From: Laetmonice hystrix
Taxonomy: Eukaryota
Assembly: GCA_965235115.1 (NCBI GenBank)
Contig: OZ249437.1
Location: 42,532,001-42,596,000 of the forward strand
Direction of reading: 5' to 3'
DNA: 64,000 nucleotides
The notes under the pieces were generated by a model. That model ran no database searches. It was not told the origin of the DNA and saw only the letters and a program-made list of their open reading frames with translations. The stretch's first letter is position 1. Each line of letters opens with the position of its first letter. Position numbers and translations under genes: made by a program. Below are positions 12,902-22,957 of this stretch, piece by piece.

Positions 12902-13837
12902 CTGAAACAATAACAGAAATCATCAGTTAGCTACTCACTAAACAAACGTACAGCATTATATACCACTGACGTACGTCACTCTATCTAATGTACGTCAGCT
13001 GACAGCTCCAAAATAAATGTAAAAAAACATCTTGCAGTGAGAACAGTAAGGATGAAGAAGATGAAAAGAGGGTATCAGTAACACCACTGACAGTCTCGTG
13101 TGAAACTAGAACGGGGAGAAAACTATTCTACAACACTAGACTGACTCATTCTGTGAGGGACGGAAAGGACATAGCGGAGGATCCAACTGAAGGAACGTAA
13201 ACAACGACAACTAAACACGGATGGGAGGAGGAGTGCACTTGAACAACTCAGATCACGTCTTCACGTGTCTCATGCAGGAAATGCCATCTACAACTTCCTT
13301 GATTCCACTTCATGCCATCCTAGTTTAATCAAATCATAAATATAGACTCTATAATAAAATAAGATAGGTCTTTAAGATATTCTTCATTAAACGTCTCAGT
13401 GAAACAAAGATACACAAAATTTTACTTGGTAGAGAAAAATGATGATGTATTGAACTGAGTGAAAGTATTACGGATTATATTTGGAAAGAGAACAAAGATG
13501 AGATATGAACGTCTATACGATGGTCTGTCATCTACTGTAATGTCTGATTACACCAGCCAATGCCAGTCAGTCTACTCTCAAAGTCAAGTCAGTGTCAGTG
13601 GTGTTAGATTGTCTTAACTGACCAGTAGAGGAAGCACAATCAAGCAGTAGTATAATAATGATGACATAATAAATCAAGTGGTAGTGTGGTACAGTGGTTG
13701 GTTGGTGGGTAGCGAGCGGGCATGGCAGGCATGAGTTGGGATTGGTTCCCAGTTTTGAGGGTTTGTTTTTCGGTTAGTACAGTTTTAGTACAGCTCCTTA
13801 GTAGTTGGCTGGACATTCGCGAGACCGAAGAAAATAC

Positions 13838-13900
13838 CTGGGCCAAGTTGCAATGGCTGGTGGGTTGGTGGTAGCGTTGAAGATGGCGGTACAGTCCACC
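13838..13900 (-). CDS. Candidate 63-nt alternative cassette exon in the Ig2-Ig3 (mini-exon B position) intron
   Basis: Acceptor ttattctctctctctaactgtggtttgtgcatag| has a polypyrimidine tract, a CTAAC branch and a TGC. Donor CCA G|gtattt. Phase 1-1 and stop-free, encoding (G)WTVPPSSTLPPTHQPLQLGP(V). No transcript evidence. Confidence 0.5.
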
Positions 13901-14110
13901 CTATGCACAAACCACAGTTAGAGAGAGAGAATAATGTTTCAAAAAACAATGCTTTTAAAGAGAGAATTGGCGCAAGGAAACATTGTTTTGGAAGATAGGC
14001 TGAGCTGCCATTGGCCGAGTGAGAGCGGAGAAGACCATGGTCACAGACTCCGTGGATGTGGAGGGGTGAAGGTGGGGCAGCGGTGATCTGGGACTGAGTG
14101 TCAATGACAA

Positions 14111-16768
14111 TTACTAGGTGGCAGCACAGTCTACACGACCCCCGGCTGCTGCAGGCCCAGCGAGCGCCCAGCCCCAGTACCGCACCAACATCACCAGCAC
14201 CAGGACCATGCTTTGGTTTGCTGCAGCTTTTCACCCATGCTTAATCAATAATCTTATCAAGATCATGATTACTGCACAGCCAATCAGGTATACTTCATTC
14301 GTAAAGGGGGAAGGCTAAAATACTCAGAAACTTCATCTTTTCAGATCCTCTTTTGTAGCTTAAATAAGTTCAGAAAAACTTATTTAAACCCAAACATAAA
14401 GTGCTGGACTTAATAAATAAAACGAGTTCCTGATTAGCAGGTAAAATCAAACAATTTCAGCGTGAGGTTGATGAGTACAGTGACCTCAGTAACTGATTCA
14501 GTTGTAGACAGATCTTGTATATTGACATGTCGGCTATTTTCTAATTTGACTGGAGCATACAGGTTTGGTCATTCACGTGACAAATTGTCCTAATTACTCA
14601 GTTCCCATGCTATGTGTATACTAATTCTCGGGTCCACGAGTAACAAACAAATGCACACGTAGAGAAATGACAGGAAAGAGACCAAAACAGGAATACAATA
14701 TCGACAACTGAATGCTCTGGAAACTTTTCACGAAAAACACGGGAAACAGGTCTTTCTACTGAAACTTTCTGGCTGAAACGGGGAGAACTGACATCTAAAC
14801 GCCAGTATCTCATCACGCTAATAACTGCATCGAATCGGAATTCTGAGCGGATGAATTAGAAAGCGAGAGAGCGTGGATGTTTTCTAGCTTCCCCCCTGCG
14901 CCCCCCTCCCCTCCCTCCCAGACACCTGTCTGATTGTAACAGTCGAGATTTGAGACCGAACATTGGATAACAACACTGGTATGAAGGTTCGAGGGGCTTG
15001 GCGGGCCACTTGTAGCTTTAACCCAGGACAGGCGAGGGCCAAGGTCACCCTGCAGCTTGCTGTGTACATGCAGGTCACAGTGCCCTCAGTGACCGACAGT
15101 CACAGCCACACTATAGCCTAGAAGCTCAATTCAAATGCAAACTGCTCTAGAGCAACTACCGGAAACAAAGCAGAGATCTCTAGCTGGAAAATGATCCCCC
15201 GTCATTGAAAGATTGCTATTTCTCGGCTAGGATCATATCAACTACATGAGCTGTTTTCAATTATTAGTCCATGTCTTCTATGTCGCTTGATTATGCAGGA
15301 CATTGAGAACAACCGTGTGATATAACTAATGATAATCATTAAGACAACATGAGTGTATCCAACACTTGGATTGTGACATCAAAAACTACCGCCTGTCCTG
15401 GAGAGATGCCTACCTGTTTCCCGGGTAACACGTAATAAATCTCCCTCTCTAGTATTGATTAGATCTACAGGCAATAATAATGACGTTGTAGTTTCTCAAA
15501 ATAAACTCTATCCTCTTTCTTAAACACACATACCATTGGTTTTTATCAAGTGTCTCCCGCTAACGTCTGCTTGAATACGTAATACTGAGACCTTCAAAGG
15601 TTTGCGTACACGACCTGGATGACGACAGACCAACCACTGACAGAGTAACGATCTGTACAGACCATAACTACCATGGAATCATGAAAGCTACCCATGCAAT
15701 CAGTGAGACCTTCAAAGGTTTGCGTACACGACCTGGATGACGACAGACCAACCACTGACAGAGTAACGATCTGTACAGACCATAACTACCATGGAATCAT
15801 GAAACATGCAATCAGTACCCAAGTCAGTACTGAACTTCATGCTTTTGTTCTGTTCATCCAAGGCCCTTGGTTCACAAGGAATACTGGACTCAAGGAAGTT
15901 GGACGAGTAACTACTCTACGAGCCTCCCACGTCGTCCACTAGGGGGCGGTTGGACAGCTGAGTTGAGTTATGCAGTGCAGGTTACCATGGTAATATACTG
16001 CCATCCAATGACTGAGGCGACTTACTGAACGTATGTGTCACCCAGCAAACCAATCCCAACCATGCCATCAACTAGAGCTTCACTTTTAGGTCGTTAGGTG
16101 GCAGTGCAGTATTGAACGTCACTAAACAAGGTCAGAAGGAAAACATCACCATAAAACGTGAACGTTCAAGGCAGAGGGAACAGGTCTGAGATAGAGAGAG
16201 AGAGAACTGCATGCTTTCAACTACCCATAAACACTGAACACACACCATAACTTCTCAACAACTACCCACTCTACCTACTACCGACATTAGTTGGATGGCA
16301 AACTGAACCGGTAATGTGTGGCCTTCCAAGGCCAGTCTTGTATATCAGGAAGATAAGTTTACCTTAACTTATAGTCTCTTACAATCAAACCCTCCGTACC
16401 CCCTTACCCCATTCAAAATATATTCATGAAAATATTTCCAACGAAATGGTGGGAAAACTGCTACCTCAATACACATGTTTGAATAGACATCCCGTTTCTC
16501 TCATTAAAAGACCGTGAACACACTTAGATATAACATGTTACTCAAGCTAGCTTGCTGAGGTGATATTACACCCAGCACTTGAAGCTGGGCATGTTGGGCG
16601 TGATACGCCACCTGGTGGTGGAGTAGGAGGAAGGAATATTCCCACCACCCCGTCTGGTGTCTGTGTTTACTATCCACCCTGAGGTCTGCTAGAGTTCCAT
16701 GTCACAACCCAAACTGAAGCCAGAATCACGCTGAGAATGCCGTGCTATCAAAGCGCCCCCTGGTGTCG
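14111..16768. promoter_or_regulatory. Cluster of five CTCF-consensus-like motifs in the Ig2-Ig3 intron
   Basis: + 14111 TTACTAGGTGGCAGCA; + 15936 CCACTAGGGGGCGG; + 16092 CGTTAGGTGGCAGTG (weak); - 16605-16619 ACCACCAGGTGGCGT; - 16752-16768 CGACACCAGGGGGCGCT. Motif match only. Confidence 0.55.
15586..15816. repeat. Tandem duplication, 118-bp period, about 2 copies
   Basis: tgagaccttcaaaggtttgcgtacacg... starts at 15586 and again at 15704. Confidence 0.92.
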
Positions 16769-16922
16769 ATGGCCTTCATCACCCAGCCAGCTGTGTGTGT
16801 GTTTGGGTGTGGGTAAGCGCGGCAGTGCGCGTGAACAATGTACAGACAATGTATGTGCTCCTTAATTCACGTGCAGGTATTAGAGACAGCCCACCCCCAC
16901 AAGTGACGGTAGCGGGACTTAC

Positions 16923-17033
16923 CTCGGACGTAAAGGTTCGCTCCATACGAGTAGGCAACTCCAGCATTGTTTTCAGCCACGCATTCATATTTCCCCTCAT
17001 CAGATTCCTGGCTTCTGCGAATCTGTAGTGAGC
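16923..17033 (-). CDS. Lar: LAR-type receptor PTP coding exon, second part of Ig2 (111 nt, phase 1-1)
   Basis: Acceptor gttgcag|GC TCA and donor CGA G|gtaagt. Encodes (G)SLQIRRSQESDEGKYECVAENNAGVAYSYGANLYVR, with the hallmark DxGKYECVAxN...ANLYVR. Confidence 0.97.
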
Positions 17034-17376
17034 CTGCAACACCAACATGACATCTAATTAAAGTCAGTTTGAACCCGGACTGTAATAAAAACAAAAATCA
17101 CGTTATCCCTACACGACCTTTCAAAACGTGTTGGGATTATAATATCACCGAAATTTGTATGAAATGTGCTCACAGGAAAAAGCGAGTTTTGACTAGTTAA
17201 TACCAGTTTCGAAAAAAAAAGGTTTTACGAGTTCTCTATTCATGAACCCTTGCTGTGCGCGACGGTTTTGTGAGTGATAACTACTGCCAACTCAGAATTA
17301 CAATGTGACATTTGAAAACTAAACATTACAACGTGTAGAATACAATGGTCTGCATGAAACAAGTTGTTTTATAGAA

Positions 17377-17643
17377 CCTTTCTGTTCAACACATTGCCTT
17401 TCTGTTCAACACACTGCCTTTCTGTTCAACACATTGCCTTTCTGTTCAACACACTGCCTTTCTGTTCAACACATTGCCTTTCTGTTCAACACACTGCCTT
17501 TCTGTTCAACACATTGCCTTTCTGTTCAACACACTGCCTTTCTGTTCAACACATTGCCTTTCTGTTCAACACACTGCCTTTCTGTTCAACACATTGCCTT
17601 TCTGTTCAACACACTGCCTTTCTGTTCAACACATTGCCTTTCT
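17377..17643. repeat. Minisatellite, 20-bp unit x13, with strict T/C alternation (40-bp higher-order unit)
   Basis: cctttctgttcaacaca(t/c)tg repeated, alternating acattg/acactg throughout. Confidence 0.97.
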
Positions 17644-17866
17644 CGGTAATGTAAACAGATATTCACATACTACGGTAAGCCAAATTATCATCGTGTTGAT
17701 ATTATTAAAGATCGAAAAACAGTTGTAAGTCTGTGATATTATTAAAGTTATAAGTTAAATTTGACAGAAATCTCCTATAATGACATCGCTTTACCCTCAA
17801 TATTAGATTACATTTTCTTCACTTTTTTCTACTCAGCATTTTCACTCTTTTAAAGAAAACGGAAAC

Positions 17867-18083
17867 TAAAGGGCTGAACCCACCAAGGCGATTCCCCTTG
17901 CGACGCCAATGCGATTTTGACATCACCCTTTTATTTTACTGTAAGTTTGAGATTAAAGGATGGAACCCATTTCCTGAAACGGAGAAGGCCAGCCAGGAAA
18001 AATTTCAGAGTGAAATTCCACCATTACATAAAAAATCGCATGGCCGTCGCAAGGGGAATCGCCTTGGTGGGTTCAGCACTTTA
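17867..18083. mobile_element. About 215-bp MITE with about 50-bp imperfect TIRs, in the Ig2a-Ig2b intron
   Basis: aagggctgaacccaccaaggcgattccccttgcgacg..gcgatttt (from 17869) pairs with aaaatcgc..cgtcgcaaggggaatcgccttggtgggttcagcactt (to 18081). TA on both flanks. Confidence 0.85.
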
Positions 18084-18165
18084 GCCTTTATAAGGCAGTA
18101 AGCTAGCTGTCGAGCCTGGTTCTTTCGATTTGTCTTTGATAAAAAAATCAAACTTCCAGAATTAC

Positions 18166-18342
18166 CTGTCTGCAAGAGCTTCAGCCTTGGGTCGGTCAGG
18201 TCGACAGGAATGAAGTCTTTGAGCCACATGATTGTCGGGTCCGGGTTGCCCACTGCCGAACACAGCATCACCGTGTTTCGATCCTTCTCCACTGCCTTCA
18301 AAGTGGGACTCTCGGTGATACGGGGGTATCCACTCGGCATGG
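18166..18342 (-). CDS. Lar: LAR-type receptor PTP coding exon, first part of Ig domain 2 (177 nt, phase 1-1)
   Basis: Acceptor tgttacag|CC ATG and donor ACA G|gtaatt. Encodes (A)MPSGYPRITESPTLKAVEKDRNTVMLCSAVGNPDPTIMWLKDFIPVDLTDPRLKLLQT(G), which matches the LAR/PTPRD/PTPRS Ig2 pattern (PxGxP...LKxVE...MLC...GNPDP...WxKDFxPVD). Confidence 0.96.
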
Positions 18343-18348
18343 CTGTAA

Positions 18349-18662
18349 CACATCAATATGATAACACCATCATCATCACATCCTAGTCACCATCATCACT
18401 ACACTGCCTTCAGACACATCAACATGATAACACCATCATCATCACATCCTAGTCACCATCATCACTACTACTGCCTTCATAGTGGGACACACCAACATGA
18501 TAACATCATCATCATCACATCCTAGTCACCATCATCACTACACTGCCTTCAGACACATCAACATGATAACACCATCATCATCACATCCTAGTCACCATCA
18601 TCACTACTACTGCCTTCATAGTGGGACACACCAACATGATAACATCATCATCACATCCTAGT
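18349..18662. repeat. CAT-rich tandem repeat with two alternating units of about 65-75 bp, abutting the Ig2a acceptor
   Basis: aacatgataacaccatcatcatcacatcctagtcaccatcatcactac(t)actgccttc followed alternately by agacacatc or atagtgggacacacc. Confidence 0.92.
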
Positions 18663-18837
18663 CACCATATACCAATGAGGCCCGGGTGGGGATTTCACCA
18701 TATACCAATGAGGCCCGGGTGGGGATTTCACCATATACCAGTGAGGCCCGGGTGGGGATTTCACGATATATCAGTGAGGCCCGGGTGGGGATTTCACGAT
18801 ATACCAGTGAGGCCCGAGTAGGGATTTCACCATATAC
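18663..18837. repeat. Minisatellite, 33-bp unit x about 5
   Basis: caccatataccaatgaggcccgggtggggattt repeated; explains ORFs 18621-18913. Confidence 0.94.
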
Positions 18838-19811
18838 ATGTCTATTTTATAACAGTCACACCTCCGTTATCACAGAACACCTCCATATAAAGAATACTTT
18901 TTTCTATTCCTAAATGAACACGGAATGAACGAGACATCCGTATATAGGGAATTAAAAGACTTATAACATACCGTATCCATGGGAAAGATTCCCAGGAACT
19001 TGTTGTGTTTGTATGATGATGGAAAGATCCCTTTAATTATACCGTGCCACCCCGAAATGTGTCGCGGATAATGTTCTCCCGAATTCTATAATTACGTTAA
19101 CAACATCCTTTTATAGGAAATGTCTCAAGGACTAGCTACCATTAATATTACCACGGGACATGCATTAACGAAAACAGTAGTCCAAGTAGTCTAAGTCTTT
19201 GAGGAATTTTTTGGTTATGAAGACTGATATGATTTCCGAATTAAGGGAATGATTTAAGAGGGACTCAGGCTTAATTCATGAATCTATAATCTCCTACACA
19301 GGGACAGGAGATTCACTGGCAGGCTTTATTTAATTACACTGCATTTCCTAAATTAATGGCAACACTTCCAACAAATATTGTACAACCGACCTTCAACCAA
19401 ACGAGATGAAAGGGCCTAGTACCGTTGTGTATTGAATTTTACAAATTTAGGCCAACTAGGACTTGAAGTGAACGGCCACATTTGAATAGGGGCCTGATAT
19501 GACTGACTTACTGATATTGTTACTCTTGACAGCTCTATGGGCACGATCTTACAGTAACTGGTCTATATACAGCCCAACCCTTTTATCCGTTTCTCTATGG
19601 TAAACAGTACATATATTTGTCATTTTTGCCGTACATCTCACATGTTTTTTTGGGGGGGGGGACAAAAAGTGCACCGTTTGGCTCAGTATCTGCAACGCTG
19701 CGGCAGTCGATGCTGTCGCCACCACGTGGCTGGAGGCCACAAACCAATCGGTACCGGTGACTCGGCGGGGAAGGCTGGTTAGCTCCGAGTAGGGAGGGCA
19801 TCACAGGATTC

Positions 19812-20205
19812 GGAGGCCGCCTTCCATTGCCCACCCAATGGGGAGGCCACCTTCCATTGCCTACCCAATGGGGAGGCCGCCTTCCATTGCCCACCCAATG
19901 GGGAGGCCACCTTCCATTGCCTACCCAATGGGGAGGGCGCCTCCCATTGCCCACCCAATGGGGAGGCCGCCTTCCATTGCCCACCCAATGGGGAGGCCGC
20001 CTTCCATTGCCCACCCAATGGGGAGGCCGCCTTCCATTGCCCACCCAATCGGGAGGCCGCCTTCCATTGCCCACCCAATCGGGAGGCCGCCTTCCATTGC
20101 CCACCCAATGGGGAGGCCGCCTTCCATTGCCCACCCAATCGGGAGGCCGCCTTCCATTGCCCACCCAATCGGGAGGCCGCCTTCCATTGCCCACCCAATG
20201 GGGCG
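19812..20205. repeat. Minisatellite, 30-bp unit x about 13
   Basis: gggaggccgccttccattgcccacccaat(g/c) repeated; explains the repetitive ORFs in 19595-20284. Confidence 0.96.
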
Positions 20206-21054
20206 GTCTTCCTCCCCTTGCCCACTCAATTTTTTAACAATTCCAACGGACTATAAGAGACACTATCCCAACTATGACAGATGACATATTTTCCTACCTC
20301 GACATCCCCTTCCCAACCCCACCTTGAACCCCCCCCCCCCCACTTCCCACCCCACCACGACCACTACAAGACCGTTTCCTTCTGACACGAATCATCACTC
20401 AACCCCACCTTTCTATGTTCAAGAAGCAAGTGCTTATTTAGTTTGTCCACCAACATGCTATCTTCCATTTACTCACATCATGACGGGTCTCAAAGACAGC
20501 CCGTTTCACCATTAACCAATATATGTGTGTCGGTATGCAGATTAGTAGAGCGGCATGTTTGTCTGAATGGGTTTGTGCCACATCCATTTCCCTGCGTACA
20601 TTACGCGTGACAGGCAGTGTTTTAGTGGCAATAACTTGTGTATGCGTGCCTGAAAATGGCTACAAGGCGGGGAGACTACGCCCGGGGTGTGCTTATGTCA
20701 GTCAGACCGTCGGACCACGCCCACGTCTGGACCTTCTCCACCTATTGTGGTATTCACCGACACCGACATGTCAATCCCCACTCAACCTTCGCCTATCAAT
20801 CTTACAACTGAATACTACCTGTTGTCAAACAATACCCTCCGCTAGCAAAGAAATACTTCAATTCTATAATCGGATTTTCAGTCAATACAAAGGTTACACT
20901 TTGCCAGCTTGAATGTAACCATGGAAAGCATTTACACAATAAATTGCTATTAGAAGTCGAATAAATAGGTCAGAGTTGTACGATATGGCCAACTTTTCTT
21001 CCTCCGATTTATGTTACGGCCATATTAGGTAATATGGTGTACGTATTGCTGTAT

Positions 21055-21300
21055 ACATCAAACATGATATACATGTCAGTCATAGTGATTGTTGTGTCGT
21101 GTTCCGACATTTGTAGAACATCAAACATGATATACATGTCAGTCATAGTGATTGTTGTGTCGTGTTCCGACATTTGTAGAACATCAAACATGATATACAT
21201 GTCAGTCATAGTGATTGTTGTGTCGTGTTCCGACATTTGTAGAACATCAAACATGATATACATGTCAGTCATAGTGATTGTTGTGTCGTGTTCCGACATT
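21055..21300. repeat. Minisatellite, 63-bp unit x about 4
   Basis: acatcaaacatgatatacatgtcagtcatagtgattgttgtgtcgtgttccgacatttgtaga repeated. Confidence 0.96.
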
Positions 21301-22769
21301 CTTGGCCCCTTTTGTAGAACTGTATCATGACAAACTCAACAATGTACCTGTCTTGTGGGTTCTGTCAGGTCGGTGTATTATACCAACTCTGAAATGTATG
21401 ACTTTATAAATGTAGCTTTACCTTGGGTCAGTAACCTAATTCTTGCCTGGTTAGTTAATGTTACATCTCCTGGCTGTGGATTAGTTTGGACTGGGTCATG
21501 TAATGGATGAGTTTAGGCTGTCCCTGTCTGGGATCAGTTACTGTTGTAATGTTTGTGGCTGTCCAGGTCCTCAAGTTTCACGGAACAATGTACCCATGCA
21601 CCTGGTTCCGCCATGGATCAGTATTACTGTCGTTTAATGTATCAGGTTGCTTGGGGTGTGTAATGTATCAGCACTTCCCTCTGTAACGGTATTACTAGCT
21701 CTACATTGTGACCATATAAGTGGTGCCAAGTGCTACAGTAAAACGGTTCAATTTGAGCTGGTGGTGGTTGTGCCCCCGGACAGGCTGACCCTTGCCAATC
21801 AATTAGTGCTCTCTCCCTTCCTTTTCCTTCTCCTCAGGCACCAACTTCTTTTTGCCAGTCCCCACGGGAGAATGATTCCATACAGGCTAATCATGGCAAA
21901 ACGCTACAATCAATCACTCAGCCAGCCGTCGGCATATGGATTAGCGAGCTATAAAGAAAGCAATATCGATGTGCCTTTTTCCCCAACCTTTTTTGAGAAA
22001 ATCCTTTTCTGTAGGTCTTTCCTTAAAAATATTACCAACAACAACTTAAATGTCGTCCACCGCGATGTTTCGTGGGAAGACGAGCCAGAAGCCAGCAGTG
22101 CGGTGCAGTGGTGTGGCTGGGGGTTCCTTACCCCCCACCCCCGGGCCCCTGTGACCTCGCCATTGACACTGATGACCTGGGTTCCCCCCGCTAAATCTCC
22201 ATTCACACTACACCGCTCCATTGCCGATGGCTCTGTGGAAAGTAGACACTTCAAGCCCGGTGGATTACCCCACCCCACCCCTACACCTCCTAGCTTTTCT
22301 ATAAATGTTTGGTTAATACATGTCCTCCTCTTCAAGTATGCTCACAATGCTTTAATCTGGCACCTCAAGCGTAAATTTGATTGATGCCAGTGCTTTAATC
22401 TATTGTTTCTCGAGGGATGAGCAACATCTCTCTGGCACGCCAGGCGGACCACTAAACGACATGCCTACAGGACGTGTTCAAGAATCGCACGCTGATTATG
22501 CCCAGCATGTTAAAGTTACTCCACGCTCATTGACAGCTATAGGTATTCAAGTCAGTGCTCGGAGACATGTGTAATAAATCGTAAATACGTCGGTCCATTC
22601 ATCATCTACGGGTTGTCTCCTGACACAGTGCCCTCACTTCCTTCAACCCGTTCGTCAACCGCCACACGGTCACCTCAATATTCATTGTTGGGTGCAGTCA
22701 TTGTTTTACCCTACAGTTACAGATTCGCTATTCGGAGGATATTCTGACGAAATACACCTGCATTGCATG

Positions 22770-22957
22770 CAGGCCCGTAGCCAGGGGGGGGGCCAGTTGC
22801 CAATCCCCCCCCCCCCATGGATTTATTTCCCAGATGCCAGGAAAACGCGTATTTGGCCCTGTAATTTCCATTTTTTCCCCAACCATACCCTGTTCCGCCC
22901 ATCGAAGTCCAGACCCCCCCCCCCCCCCCCCCACCTGGAAGGCTGGCTACGGGCCTG
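22770..22957. mobile_element. About 190-bp MITE with CAGGCCCGTAGCCAG termini and internal G/C homopolymer runs
   Basis: Perfect TIR caggcccgtagccag / ctggctacgggcctg. No clear TSD, so the superfamily is not assigned. Confidence 0.75.

Noticed and set aside
13092-13105. 14-nt segment between a good acceptor (ttttctccccgttctag) and a gtcagt donor
   Set aside because: Not a multiple of 3, so it would frameshift Ig3.
16141-16187. Strong (CT)n-CAG acceptor in the meB intron
   Set aside because: The phase-1 reading meets TGA before any plausible donor.
17034-17081. Strong upstream acceptor (tttttgtttttattacag) before Ig2b
   Set aside because: Use would add 46 nt and introduce a stop in phase 1, so it is not a viable coding alternative.
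21647-22384. 245-aa plus-strand ORF
   Set aside because: No recognisable domain. It crosses compositionally different segments including a GC-rich repeat-like patch, has no supporting gene structure, and lies antisense within an intron.
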